DNA from: an uncultured Planctomycetota bacterium
GTDB taxonomy: Bacteria; Planctomycetota; Planctomycetia; Isosphaerales; Isosphaeraceae
DNA: 64,000 nt
Assembly: GCA_963823665.1 (NCBI GenBank)
Contig: CAWGMQ010000008.1
Coordinates: 320,001 to 384,000, forward strand
Direction: 5' to 3'
Under the pieces are notes generated by a model. It saw only the letters and a program-made list of their open reading frames with translations. It did not search any database and had not been told where the DNA came from. The first letter of the stretch is position 1. The number at the start of each line of letters is the position of its first letter. Both the position numbers and the translations under genes were made by a program. Below, one piece after another: positions 27,730-38,058 of the stretch.

Positions 27730-30003
27730 ATGACATTTCAAGCCAATCCCGAAGCCATACCTTACCTCGTCGCCGCGATCGTTTCGGCGCTGCTGGCGGT
27801 CTTCGCCTGGCGAAGGCGCGGCCAGGCGATGGCGCCGGCGTTCGCCGTGATGATGACGGGCGAGGCTGCGTGGGCCCTGTTCGAGGCGCTCGAGCTTGTG
27901 GTCGTGGAGATTGCGGCCAAACAACCGTTCTTCGAGCTGAGGAACGCGGGCGCGGTCACGGCGATTCTCGGTCTGCTCGCGGTCGTGCTGCGCTATACCG
28001 GTCACGTCGAGTGGCTCAAGCTGCCCGTGTTCACCGCGATTTGCACGCCGGCCGTCGTACTCATTCTCTTCGCCTGGACGAACAACTGGCACCACTTCTA
28101 CTGGTATGGGCACATACCTGTCAGCGTGCGCGGCTTCGCTTTCGCCCGGCCGATCTACGGGCCGGGTTTCTGGGTGCATTTCACTTACTGCTACGGCCTG
28201 GTCGCGGCCTCAACGATCTTGCTGGCCCAGGCGGTGGTGACATCGGCCGGGCTATACCGCGTGCAGGCAGCCGTCATGCTCTTCGGGGTGCTCTTGCCGT
28301 GGTTCGTGAATATGCTCGACATGTCACAGGTTCTGGGCGTGATGTACACCGATACCGCGGCGATGACGTTCGCCGTCACAGGCCTGGCGTTTCTGCCGGC
28401 CGTGTTGCGCTACCGATTGCTTGAGCTCAAGCCGGTTGCCTGGGCGTCGGTGGTTCGCGAAATGAACGACCCCGTGCTCGTGATCGATGCCTCCGGCCAG
28501 CTCGTCGAGCTGAACCAGGCGGCACAGCGGCTCTCTGGCCGCCCGCTGAACGAATTGCTCGGCATCGACGTGGCCCGATCATTCTCGCGGTGGCCGGAGC
28601 TGCTGCAGCGGCTCAAGGTGATGCCCGAGCAAGGGGAATCGAGCTTCGAGCTTGCGGGGCCCGAGCCGCAGGCAACGGCGGCAGCCTTTGACGCCAGGAT
28701 CTCCCGGCTGGGGGGCCATGCCGAGCTCCTGGGCTGGGTGGTCGTGTTGCGTGACATCACCGAGCATAAACGTGCTGAGGAGGAACGAGTGCGCATGTTG
28801 TCGGAGCGGGCTGCCCGAGCCGAAGCCGAGGCCGCGAACCGCGCCAAGGATCGGTTCCTCGCGACGCTGAGCCATGAGCTGCGCACTCCGCTCACTCCGG
28901 TTCTCGCGGCAGTCACCGGCATGCTGGGCGACGCCGCGACGCCCGAGTCGCTGCGCGTCGTACTGGAAATGATTCGCCGGAACATCACGCTCGAGTCCCG
29001 GCTGATTGACGACCTGCTCGATCTGGCGCGAATTCGCAAAGGCGCGCTGGACTTGAAGCGCGAGAACATCGACGCCCACGACCTGATCAAGCACGTGATC
29101 GCGATCTGCGACGACGATTTTCGGCGAGCGGAAATCAAGCTGGGCCTCGACCTCGCGGCGAGTGAGCACCACGTGAGTGCCGACCCGATTCGCTTCCAGC
29201 AGGCACTGTGGAACCTGATCAAGAACGCGATCAAGTTCACCCCCGCAGGCGGCCGCGTGAGCGTGCGTACGGTCAATCGGCAGAACGGCCCGGGCTCGTG
29301 TGACGGCGCGGCCTTGCTGCTGGAAGTGAGCGACACCGGCATCGGCATCGAAGCGAACATGATCGACCGGATCTTCGACATCGCCGAGCAGGGGGGAACC
29401 GCCGCAAGCCGGCGGTTTGGCGGCCTGGGATTGGGGCTCCTGCTCAGCCGCTCGATCATCGAGGGCCACGGCGGCAAGATCATGGCGGCGAGTCGCGGCG
29501 CCGGGCTGGGTGCCACGTTCACGATCCAGATCCCGACGGTGTCTACGCCCGCGCCGGTTCCAGAACGCGAGTCTGGCCCGGTGGAATCGAGTGCGACCGC
29601 GACCAGAACGACTCCGCGCCGCCTGAAGATCCTGCTCGTCGACGACAACGCCGACACGCTCGTGTTCCTGTCGACAATGCTCGCTCGCCGGGGCCACGAC
29701 GTCGCCACCGCGAGCGAGATGGCCGAGGCGCTTCGGCTCGCGACCGAAGGCGATTGCGACTTGCTGATCAGCGACATCGAGCTCCCCGACGGCAGCGGCC
29801 TCGAGCTGATGGAATCCATCCGCTCCCGCAAGCCGATTCCGGGGATCGCCCTTTCGGGATTTGGTTCCGCGGGCGACATCGAGCAAAGCCTGGCGGCCGG
29901 GTTTGCCGTTCACCTCACCAAGCCCGTCGACTTCCGCCGGCTTGAACGAGTCATCGAGCAGATTGCCGCCGGCGCGGCAGCCGAAAGCGCGGTCAGCGGT
30001 TGA
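27730..30003 (+). CDS. Hybrid sensor histidine kinase (N-terminal 7TM, PAS, HisKA, HATPase, receiver)
   Basis: Hydrophobic N-terminus; FLATLSHELRTPL H-box; NLIKNAIKFT; DTGIG; GLGLGL; C-terminal ILLVDD..SDIELPD..HLTKP. Confidence 0.95.
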   Translation: MTFQANPEAIPYLVAAIVSALLAVFAWRRRGQAMAPAFAVMMTGEAAWALFEALELVVVEIAAKQPFFELRNAGAVTAILGLLAVVLRYTGHVEWLKLPVFTAICTPAVVLILFAWTNNWHHFYWYGHIPVSVRGFAFARPIYGPGFWVHFTYCYGLVAASTILLAQAVVTSAGLYRVQAAVMLFGVLLPWFVNMLDMSQVLGVMYTDTAAMTFAVTGLAFLPAVLRYRLLELKPVAWASVVREMNDPVLVIDASGQLVELNQAAQRLSGRPLNELLGIDVARSFSRWPELLQRLKVMPEQGESSFELAGPEPQATAAAFDARISRLGGHAELLGWVVVLRDITEHKRAEEERVRMLSERAARAEAEAANRAKDRFLATLSHELRTPLTPVLAAVTGMLGDAATPESLRVVLEMIRRNITLESRLIDDLLDLARIRKGALDLKRENIDAHDLIKHVIAICDDDFRRAEIKLGLDLAASEHHVSADPIRFQQALWNLIKNAIKFTPAGGRVSVRTVNRQNGPGSCDGAALLLEVSDTGIGIEANMIDRIFDIAEQGGTAASRRFGGLGLGLLLSRSIIEGHGGKIMAASRGAGLGATFTIQIPTVSTPAPVPERESGPVESSATATRTTPRRLKILLVDDNADTLVFLSTMLARRGHDVATASEMAEALRLATEGDCDLLISDIELPDGSGLELMESIRSRKPIPGIALSGFGSAGDIEQSLAAGFAVHLTKPVDFRRLERVIEQIAAGAAAESAVSG

Positions 30004-30004
30004 T

Positions 30005-31426
30005 CTACCGTACATAGATCGGATTCGAGTAAATCCAGCCGCGCGCTTCACCGGCGAGCTCGAGCCAACTCTCGACACGGTAGACTCCCGGGGAATCGAG
30101 GGCAAAGTCCATGTTCGTTCCAGATTGATCCGCGATGCACTTCCCGCCCTTGATCAAGCGAATGCGGCAAGGCGCGGGGAACTCCGCAACCAGCCGCATT
30201 TCGGGGGCGAACTTCACCAGATCTCCCATGACGGCGTGGCGCTCGCTCTTGGCGCTGGCACCATCGCGCGAGTGAACCGGGTCGATCAGCTCGAATCGAA
30301 TCCCGGTGGGGTCGCACATCCAGTCGTGGCTCACGTAGGCATGGCCGGCGCGGAGCGCGTCGCGAAGGGCCGTTTCGCTCAGCTCCGGCGCGAGAATGTG
30401 TGTGCTCACATTGAGGAACGAGCGGCTGTAGGGATCGAAGTCGATCCGCGCCAGAATATCGCCGCGCTCGTGCCCCTTCGTGAGCTCTCGGATCCCTGGG
30501 CGCAACGTGGCATTGACCGTACGCATCTCCTTGTCTGAATCGACATTTGTGCCGATCTTGACGCTATTTTCGTCGACCATCTTCACCAGGAGGATGTAGT
30601 TGTGATGGCAGTCGTTGGCGGCAACTCCGGTCAGGCGGCGAGTCTGCGTCTCGGCGTCCCACTTGGCCAGATAGTCAGCCGGGTATTGCACCTGTGACCC
30701 GAAAAGCTCAGCCGGGAAGAGCTTCAGGCTCTCCTCGAGCTCTCGGAGGCTGGCCGGGGCGGTGAGCTTGAGCATGATCGCGAGCAGTCCGGCCCCGTCT
30801 TTCTTGGCATCGAAGTGGCGGTTATAGATCTCCATGCCATCCAGGCCCGCCATGGAATGGTCCGGCCTTTCCTCGATATGCGACAGAAAGATCAGGCCGG
30901 CGTCGGCGCGGGTAGCCTCGATCAAGGCGGCCGTGGGGCCATTCATGTTTTCCATGATGGAACGGGTCGGATAAAGCAGGAATCCGTTTGCCTCGGATCC
31001 CGGCACGAAGAGCACTCCCTCGTGCAGGCCGCGCCAACTGTCGCGAATGAAGTCTCTGGGCGGCCGATGATGGTCGCTCAGGAAGATCGCCTGGACGCCG
31101 GCTTTCCTGGCTTCGGAAAGCATTTCCGGCCGCGTTCCACCCGTATGCGACGAGTCTTCGGCATGCGCGTGCAGGATTGCTCGATAGTCATTCAAGCCCG
31201 GTAGCGCCGGCAGCCCGCGCCTGGTTTTGCGGATACGCTCGACATCGTCGTGTGTTGCCTTCAGCCTCGCCGGCACCATCCGTTCGGTGGGAGTATACGA
31301 ACGGCGCGCGACTTGAGATAGACTGCCGCCGGTTGGGCCCTTACGCGTTGGCTGTTCCGACGCGGCGCTCACGGCGGCGAGGGAGCCAATCAGCCAGTAG
31401 ATCGAGGCCGGCACGCATCGTTTCAT
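30005..31426 (-). CDS. Secreted PHP-like (histidinol phosphatase-type) metallohydrolase
   Basis: Signal peptide; LHAHAEDSSH, FLSDHH, GMEIYN, ANDCHH metal-binding motifs; WIYSNPIY C-terminus. Confidence 0.75.
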   Translation of the reverse strand: MKRCVPASIYWLIGSLAAVSAASEQPTRKGPTGGSLSQVARRSYTPTERMVPARLKATHDDVERIRKTRRGLPALPGLNDYRAILHAHAEDSSHTGGTRPEMLSEARKAGVQAIFLSDHHRPPRDFIRDSWRGLHEGVLFVPGSEANGFLLYPTRSIMENMNGPTAALIEATRADAGLIFLSHIEERPDHSMAGLDGMEIYNRHFDAKKDGAGLLAIMLKLTAPASLRELEESLKLFPAELFGSQVQYPADYLAKWDAETQTRRLTGVAANDCHHNYILLVKMVDENSVKIGTNVDSDKEMRTVNATLRPGIRELTKGHERGDILARIDFDPYSRSFLNVSTHILAPELSETALRDALRAGHAYVSHDWMCDPTGIRFELIDPVHSRDGASAKSERHAVMGDLVKFAPEMRLVAEFPAPCRIRLIKGGKCIADQSGTNMDFALDSPGVYRVESWLELAGEARGWIYSNPIYVR

Positions 31427-31916
31427 TCCGCACCTTGGAAAGTTAAGTGTTGCTGTAAAACAACGCGCCGTCCCCCGGAGTCAACGACACGGAACACAGC
31501 TTGTCCCGAAGTGACGTAGGTTTGCGTAGGAACATCGGTCGAGACGAAACGACAACCGCCTCGCCGGCAGACCAGACCGCGATCGGTCCTGAGCAATCCT
31601 GGTCGATCAAGCCGCGTCTTGGCGCTATCGCTCCTCGCAGGGGCGTCCGCACCGCTGGTACTCGAGGCACCTGTGCACGGTCCGGGCGTTCGGCGTGCGC
31701 GCCGTTGCCGGGATGTCCGGCTCATTATCGGGGACAGAGGTCAGCAATGCATCTACATTCCTGGGCGGAGTCGATCACCAAACCTGTCGGGCGAGTCGCC
31801 CGGGCACTCGGTCTTCGTGTGCTGGGATCGGAGTTTGTGATGGAGCGCGGGTTGCCGTTATGCGCTTTGCTCGTCCTCTGTCTTCGTCACGCGGTTGCTT
31901 CGATCAGCGTGTGAAA

Positions 31917-32282
31917 TCAACATGTCGCGATGACGGATTCGCAAGAGCGGATCGCATCGGTCAGAGTTTGGTTGCAGGGGGGATGCCAGCGCCCGATCAA
32001 GTCGCGAACCGCCGAGCCGCGGGCCGCTTCGTCCTCTAACGCCAGAACGTGCAGGTGCGTGGCCGCGTGGTTCCGGGCGCATTGACGCTTCGGGTGTTCT
32101 GGTAATTCGCGTGCGAAACTTCGGACCTCGCCGATGCAGATCGCCTTCCAACCGCCGTCGTCCTTGGTCTGTCTGGCAAAGATGTAGACCCCGCCCCGAT
32201 CGTCGAGTGGACCGTCGAGCGGTTGGGGAGTGAACGAATACGCGGCGCCCGAACGGCCGTTCCAGTTGGCAGGGCTCTGCAT
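31917..32282 (-). CDS. Small GIY-YIG-like protein
   Basis: WNGRSGAAYSF..GGVYIF..AICIGE..HPPCN pattern. Confidence 0.55.
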   Translation of the reverse strand: MQSPANWNGRSGAAYSFTPQPLDGPLDDRGGVYIFARQTKDDGGWKAICIGEVRSFARELPEHPKRQCARNHAATHLHVLALEDEAARGSAVRDLIGRWHPPCNQTLTDAIRSCESVIATC

Positions 32283-32570
32283 CGGATGCTAGTCCTTTCC
32301 TTATTTCAATCTATTTGACCCATTGATCGACGCTCAGCGCCCTTAGCACTTCGCAAGTACTACGTGAAGGTTCTCGACGCGTGTCGGCCATGAAGGCGGA
32401 CCGAGCTCTGCGCGTTGACGTGAAGCATCGAGCTCAAATCGATGCCCGTTCGCGCTTGACGACCGGACCCGGCGCCACCTTGCGGCGGGGAGAGAACGGA
32501 GGCGGTATACTCCCGTTCGTGAAGCATTTCGATCCGAGCTCACGCGGCCCTCGAAAGAAGGGAACACCCA

Positions 32571-34509
32571 ATGGGCGGCTTCTACGGCTCCGTTCAGATT
32601 CGTGGTATAGACCGCGTCGAGCTGAATGACGTGCTCGAGAAGCTCTCGCGCAAGCTAAAGACACGTTTTCTTCTGGGACCGCTGCTGGGCGATTGGGTCG
32701 GTGTCTACCCGGAGGGCAGCGGCCAGGAAACGGGCATCGGCACCCAGATCGCGCGAAACTCAAGTGCGAGCTGTTTCACATCCTGGTCCACGACGACGAC
32801 TTTCTCGTCTATGAGTATTACCGCGACGGAAAACTCGTCGATCAGTACAATTCTCGCCCCGAGTATTTTGCCCCGGTCGCCCCACGAAAACGTGAAAAGC
32901 TGCGTGGGCGGCCCGAATTGTTCGCCCACCTCGTGGGGAATTCCGAGGCCGTTGCGAGTCTGAAAACGAAGCTTGCGGAGGCGGACGCCGAGCCGTTTGC
33001 CTACGTGGCCTTGCAGGCCTTCGCCCTGGCGCTCGGAATTCGCAATGCGGTCACGAGCTACGAATACCTTCGCAACGGTGAAACGGACGAGATTGACGAC
33101 TGGGACCAGTTCGTCCACATTCCCGACCTGGCAAGTGAGGAAGCCAAGCAGCGAGAGGCCGAGGCCGGCGTGCGCGCGAAGAAAACGGGCTTGATGAAGG
33201 ACGGGCTGCTTTTGAAGGAGATTGGCGGCCTGCGCGGGATGGAAAAACCGTCGCCGTGGTGTTGCCGTGCGCCCGAGCCCTCCAGCTTCCTGATTGCTTG
33301 GAGCGGTCACACGATGGACGAGGAGAAAGCTTGCGAGCTGGAGCGATATGGGCCGCCGTGGGAGGCAAGCCCGACGCCGTTTTCGATGTCGATCGACGGC
33401 CACATCTACAACATGTCTCTGAGCCCGAGTGGCCGGTATCTCGCCGTGGGCCACGCGGCGGGCGATTGGAAAGCGACTCTGTGGGACCTGGTTGAAAAAC
33501 GACGCATCGTCGAATCGCCTCAAGTGCGAGCGGTGAGCTGGGCGGGATTCACGCCCGATGAACGCGCGATGATTTCTGTCAGCAACGACGGCCAGGAGGG
33601 CAGAGTGGTGATTCAGCCTGTCGACGGGTCAGAGTCGAGGGCCCTGCCGCTCAAGCACGCGAGCCGCGCAGCGTGCCATCCCGGTGGTCGAAAGCTAGCC
33701 GTCATGGACAAGCGGCTTTCGGTGGTGGATCTCGACACTCTGCAGATCGAGAGCGCCAGCTTTGTGGGCGGGCGGCGGGTCACCGGGCGCTCGAGCAGAG
33801 CATGATCGCGCAGATCAAGGCGTCGGTGGCCAACATCGACTATGAGAAGGTTGAGCAGATGATTCGAAAGCAGCACGCGCAAATCTTGCGTTCGCTGGAT
33901 CCGAAGCATCTTCCACCGGGCGTCAATTCGATCGAAGAAGTCAAGGAGCAGTTGGAAAAAGGAGTGGCGGAACAACTGAAGAGCATGCGCGAGCAGAATG
34001 AGCGGCTGGGAACGCCCGAGTGGCAGGCAGACCAGGTTTGGGGCTCGGAGGCCGTTTACAGCATGATCTTCGACAAATCGGGCGACCGCCTGTGCCTGGG
34101 TACGCAAAACGGAGTTCGGGTTTATCGATGGGATGAAGTCGTCAGGGCCCACGACGACATGTCGCGGCCGATCATGGCAGTCGATCTCGGGTCGAAGAGC
34201 ATGAAAATGGACAGTCATTCCACGGAGAAAGAACAGTACGTTAACGCACTCGACTACGACGCAGAGCGTGACTGGGTTCTTTTCGCTGGGCTCGAGGGCC
34301 TGGTGCGTTACCTCGATCTCTCGAGCGGCCGTTCTGGCGTGTTGCTCGAGCCGCCCGAAGACTGGCCGATCCTACAAATCGAGCTTTCGATCGACCGATC
34401 GGCGCTGGCGGTCCGGTACGGGCCCGATTTCTTCTCACAGAAACTCGACAAGCGCGGCATCGCAGTGCAGTTCTGGAATTACCGGGCGCTGTGCGAGCGG
34501 ATCTCGTAA
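32571..34509 (+). CDS. Hypothetical protein with WD40-like propeller (two apparent frameshifts, about 32755 and about 33790)
   Basis: Three overlapping + ORFs (32571-32963, 32693-33805, 33673-34509); SPSGRYLAVG..LWDL and LDYD..LFAGLEGLVRYLDL blades. Confidence 0.6.
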
Positions 34510-34657
34510 ACGTGAAGTTGGATTTTGACCACATACATTCGGGCGTGTGATCGTGCGGCGTATGATTCCATTGGACACGCAGGAGTGATGCCACAGGGGC
34601 AAGAACGATCTCATCGGGCACGAGAGACTGCCCCGACTGCGCGGTGGAGTCGACCCG

Positions 34658-34942
34658 ATGCCTGGCCGAGAACTCGAGGGGCTGCCCCCCTTTCCCCAGC
34701 CGCCGCCGGGCACGCCTCGGATGGAACACCGGCCGACCGTCGAGGCGAGCATCCGCTACTGGGAGGCCGTCCGCGACCGGGCGATCAGCGCGCGGGACCA
34801 CGCACGGGAACGCACCGCGATGAGTCTGCGGCGCTCGTACGAGGCTGTGCTCGCGGCGTTAACAAAGGCGAAGCCGCGGCCGGCGGGGTCCGGAGACCAA
34901 CCAAGTCAAAAAAAACGGCCGCCGCGGACGAGTGGAACGTGA
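34658..34942 (+). CDS. Small hypothetical protein
   Basis: ATG start with GGAG upstream; plausible helical 94 aa product. Confidence 0.4.
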   Translation: MPGRELEGLPPFPQPPPGTPRMEHRPTVEASIRYWEAVRDRAISARDHARERTAMSLRRSYEAVLAALTKAKPRPAGSGDQPSQKKRPPRTSGT

Positions 34943-34999
34943 ATTTGCCGCAGGCGAGACCATCTCGGACGACTGAATGCGCGCGTGTCTCAAGAGAAA

Positions 35000-35164
35000 T
35001 CAGCCGCTTTTGGGCTTCGGCTTCTTGGGTTTGGCAACCTTGACCGTTTCCAAGAAAGTGGTCTTGGGATGCTTCTTGGCGAAGTCCTTGGATTTGAACT
35101 GGCCGTCGTCGGCGCTCTTGATGACCTTGCGGGTTGTCTTCTTGACGGTTTTTTTGGTCGCCAT
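35000..35164 (-). CDS. 54 aa Lys-rich basic protein (not in the ORF track)
   Basis: Manual translation: MATKKTVKKTTRKVIKSADDGQFKSKDFAKKHPKTTFLETVKVAKPKKPKPKSG*. GAAAGGA ribosome-binding site upstream. Confidence 0.75.
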   Translation of the reverse strand: MATKKTVKKTTRKVIKSADDGQFKSKDFAKKHPKTTFLETVKVAKPKKPKPKSG

Positions 35165-35303
35165 GATGCACGTCCTTTCGAGATGCGACAGCCTCGGACC
35201 GGCTCGACGACCAATCGGGCTGCTCGCCGAGCTAGACTAACCGGATGATAACTCTCCGGATTGCGAACGTCAAAGTGACCTGGACACGCCAGCGCGTCCG
35301 AAA

Positions 35304-35736
35304 TCACGGTAATCGAGGTCTCCGCAGCCTTCGCATGAGGTCTGCGGGCACCGTGAATGACCACGCCTTGCCCACCTTTCGCTTCTTCAGGAGACCAAGG
35401 CTCGCCAGTTCAAGCAGGTCGCGCCTCGCGGTCTCGTAGACGATCTTGTTGGCATGCTGATGATACGCCACGGAATAGACTTGATCGGGGTGTTTTAGCG
35501 CGTGCCTGATGAGATCGCGCTGGCGGTGATTCAAGCGGACCTGGCTCGTCAATTCCGCGCTGACGGCCGCAATCTCCTGCGCGACGATCCGTGAAGCTGC
35601 GGAAATCCTCGATCGCCTTGAGAACGATGTCTGCATGATAGTGCAAGAAATAGGTCAGATCGTTTTCATCGTTCTCGCTGTAAAGAAACGCCATGCCGTA
35701 TCGAGCCGGGGCCTTCAATATGATTTTCGATATGCT
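35304..35736 (-). pseudogene. C-terminal fragment of a Fic-family protein (with wHTH), 5'-truncated and frameshifted
   Basis: SISKIILKAPARYGMAFLYSENDENDLTYFL..LNHRQ..YETARRDLLEL..GLL is typical of Fic C-terminal regions. The catalytic HPFxDGNGR region is absent. Confidence 0.7.
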
Positions 35737-35854
35737 TCTGGCCCGTCGCGAACTTCCACCTCAGCGTGGTGTCGTCCCCGGCCGCCGACCTGACCGCCGC
35801 AAGCAACATGACGACCAAGCAAGTGAAACACACGCTGTACCTTGAGCTCTTCAT
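35737..35854 (-). pseudogene. N-terminal stub of a secreted protein abutting the Fic fragment
   Basis: MKSSRYSVCFTCLVVMLLAAVRSAAGDDTTLRWKFATGQK: signal peptide plus LRWKF start, then an abrupt switch to Fic sequence. Confidence 0.5.
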
Positions 35855-35952
35855 CGCGAGATCCTCGATGGCACGGTTGACGAGGCTGTCGGCGTGGTGA
35901 ATGCCGCCATCAGCCGTAAGCGAGGCTAAGTCCCGCGCTGGCCTCGCTGCGG

Positions 35953-36228
35953 CTACGGTTTGGGAGCCGCGTTCGTACCGGCTTTCGGAGTCCCCCTGGG
36001 AGCAGCTCTGGGAGCAAAAAAATACATCCACGCGAAGGCCGCGACAAATAGGCAGACGAAGAACAGAGTGAAGTTCATCCGCCGCCGACAGCGCGGACAG
36101 TACGAAGTAAGAATCTCGTTCCCAACCGGCCAGACGAACAGGATTGGGAGAGCCAGTAACCGCAGAAGCCCTGCCGGAGGGCGAAGCTCCGCGGCGGCGA
36201 ACTCCTTCGTGCAACGCGGGCACTGCAT
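35953..36228 (-). CDS. Small Zn-ribbon membrane protein
   Basis: MQCPRC..YCPRC plus hydrophobic segments; purine-rich RBS upstream. Confidence 0.6.
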   Translation of the reverse strand: MQCPRCTKEFAAAELRPPAGLLRLLALPILFVWPVGNEILTSYCPRCRRRMNFTLFFVCLFVAAFAWMYFFAPRAAPRGTPKAGTNAAPKP

Positions 36229-36469
36229 ACCGTTTCTTCCCCCGCCAGAAGGAATAGCTCGGCCGACCTGGCCGACCAGCACGAAAGGGGGATGCCGATT
36301 CGGAACGCTCGCACTGTTCGATCGCCGACCCGCATCCCGACTTTGGACTGGCAAATTGCCAGATCGCTGTCGCCAATAGTAGTCGAATGGCCGACGACGA
36401 GCAACGAACCGGACGCATCAGTGACGCGGCGTGGATAATGCGTCGTGCCCACCGTACACTTGTCAAAGG

Positions 36470-36565
36470 GACCCGAACCTGACCGGCGTCATCGAGGCAT
36501 GGGATCGACTGCCCGAGGCCGTCCGGGCGGGAATCGTGGCGATGGTGAAATCCGCGTCGAATTGA
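36470..36565 (+). repeat. Copy 1 of conserved coding tail DPNLTGVIEAWDRLPEAVRAGIVAMVKSASN*
   Basis: Aligns without gaps to 40020-40115; most differences are synonymous. Confidence 0.9.
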
Positions 36566-36673
36566 GTCGGTGGATCGAAATGGTGACCGGATCTACCAGC
36601 CCTACAATCGCGTCGGGACGGAAGATATACTGATCCCATTGAACGAAGCAGTAGCCGATATCGAAATGCGAGC

Positions 36674-37330
36674 ATGACCGACCCTGCCAAGCCCGTCTCA
36701 CGCTCCTGGCGAAGATTCCTGCGCTTCAGCGTGCGGGGGCTGATCGTTGTTGTGCTTGTGATTGGCGGCTGGGTTGGCTGGATCGTGCGGAGCGCGCAAA
36801 TTCAGCGCGAGGCCGTGGCGGCAATCGCGAACGCCGGAGGCATCGTCAGTTACGATTGGGAGTGGTATGACGGAAAGCCCAAACCGGGAAGAAAACCCTG
36901 GGCACCACAGTGGCTCGTCGATCTTATCGGGGTCAATTATTTCGGGCACATCACCGAGGTTTGGATCTTCCGCGAGAAGGTGTCGAATGAGACGAATGTT
37001 CAGATCGGGAAACTCAAGCGGTTGCAACGGTTATTCCTTCGCGGGTGTTCGATCGACGATGCGGAGCTAGCTCATTTGACGGGCCTCTCCAGGCTTGACA
37101 AGCTCAGCCTCGCCGACAACCCGGTCACCGACGCCGGGCTGGTGCATTTGAAGGCACTGACGAATCTCTCCACCCTCTGGCTCACCGAAACTCAGGTCAG
37201 CGACGCCGGGCTGGTGCATTTGAAGGCACTGACGAATCTCTCCACCCTCGGTCTCCGGGACACTCAGGTCACGGACGCCGGAGTGAAAGACCTACAGCAA
37301 GCGCTGCCGAGGTTGAAGATCATCCGCTGA
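36674..37330 (+). CDS. Membrane-anchored leucine-rich repeat protein
   Basis: RFSVRGLIVVVLVIGG anchor; 24 aa LRRs (VTDAGLVHLKALTNLSTLxL); identical 49 bp at 37129-37177 and 37201-37249. Confidence 0.9.
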   Translation: MTDPAKPVSRSWRRFLRFSVRGLIVVVLVIGGWVGWIVRSAQIQREAVAAIANAGGIVSYDWEWYDGKPKPGRKPWAPQWLVDLIGVNYFGHITEVWIFREKVSNETNVQIGKLKRLQRLFLRGCSIDDAELAHLTGLSRLDKLSLADNPVTDAGLVHLKALTNLSTLWLTETQVSDAGLVHLKALTNLSTLGLRDTQVTDAGVKDLQQALPRLKIIR

Positions 37331-37604
37331 CTTTCCACCTCTCCGCCCGGCGCAAAATCATCCCTGTCGCAGCGCCAGGAGGCGGGACGTCGTCGTTCAA
37401 AAGTGAATCCGTTCGCGTCAGTTGGCCGAAAGCAGGCCCCGGGTATCGAGCCCTTGCCTGCCTCGTGACTAACGATTGCATTTGCGCGAAGTGAGCCCAG
37501 AATCGGACGCAATCAGACCGGCATTGCCAATCTGACTACAGTTGTGGCTAGAATTGGTAGACTCGGGGTGATGATAAAGCCCGCGGTTCCGGGAGAGTCA
37601 GGCT

Positions 37605-37938
37605 ATGATCAGTGACAAACAACTCGAAGCGAACCGCCAGAATGCTCTTCAGTCGACGGGCCGACAACTGTGGAAGGGGTGGACGCGGTCAAGCTGAATG
37701 CCCTTCGGCATGGTCTTCGGTCGGTTCAGACCGTGGTTCCCGGAGAAGACCCGGACGCTTGGGAGGACCATCGCGCCGCTGTGGTTGCAGACGTGAAACC
37801 GGTCGGCGCGCTCGAGCTGGCCCTGGCCGAACAAATTGCGGTCAAGCTTTGGCGACTTGGGCGTGACTTGTTGTTCGAGGCGTATGCAGATGCCGACAAT
37901 TCGCCGGTCGGTTTTGCCATGTGTCACATTCTCGATCG
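37605..37938 (+). pseudogene. Truncated mobile-element-associated gene (ANRxNA..STGP..NALRHGL family)
   Basis: MISDKQLEANRQNALQSTG / PTTVEGVDAVKLNALRHGL..PVGALELALAEQI..WRL across a 1-nt shift. Homology appears to end shortly before the degenerate att. Confidence 0.6.
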
Positions 37939-37986
37939 CCGGGGAGGCGACTCGAAGCCTGACCTGCGGATGATGCGACCGCCGCT
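37939..37986 (-). repeat. Degenerate att copy (3' part of tRNA-Met)
   Basis: Matches 54007-54055 with one deletion and two substitutions. Confidence 0.9.
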
Positions 37987-38058
37987 GTTGTGTCGGCACG
38001 AACACGTGGAAGAGTCATGTGTGATCGGAAATTAAGAGGTTTCCCGGTCGTTGGCCAA

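Noticed and set aside
37120..37280. CRISPR array or DGR template/variable repeat
   Set aside because: The repeats are in-frame 72 bp LRR units. No cas or reverse transcriptase gene is present, and the differences are not adenine-specific.
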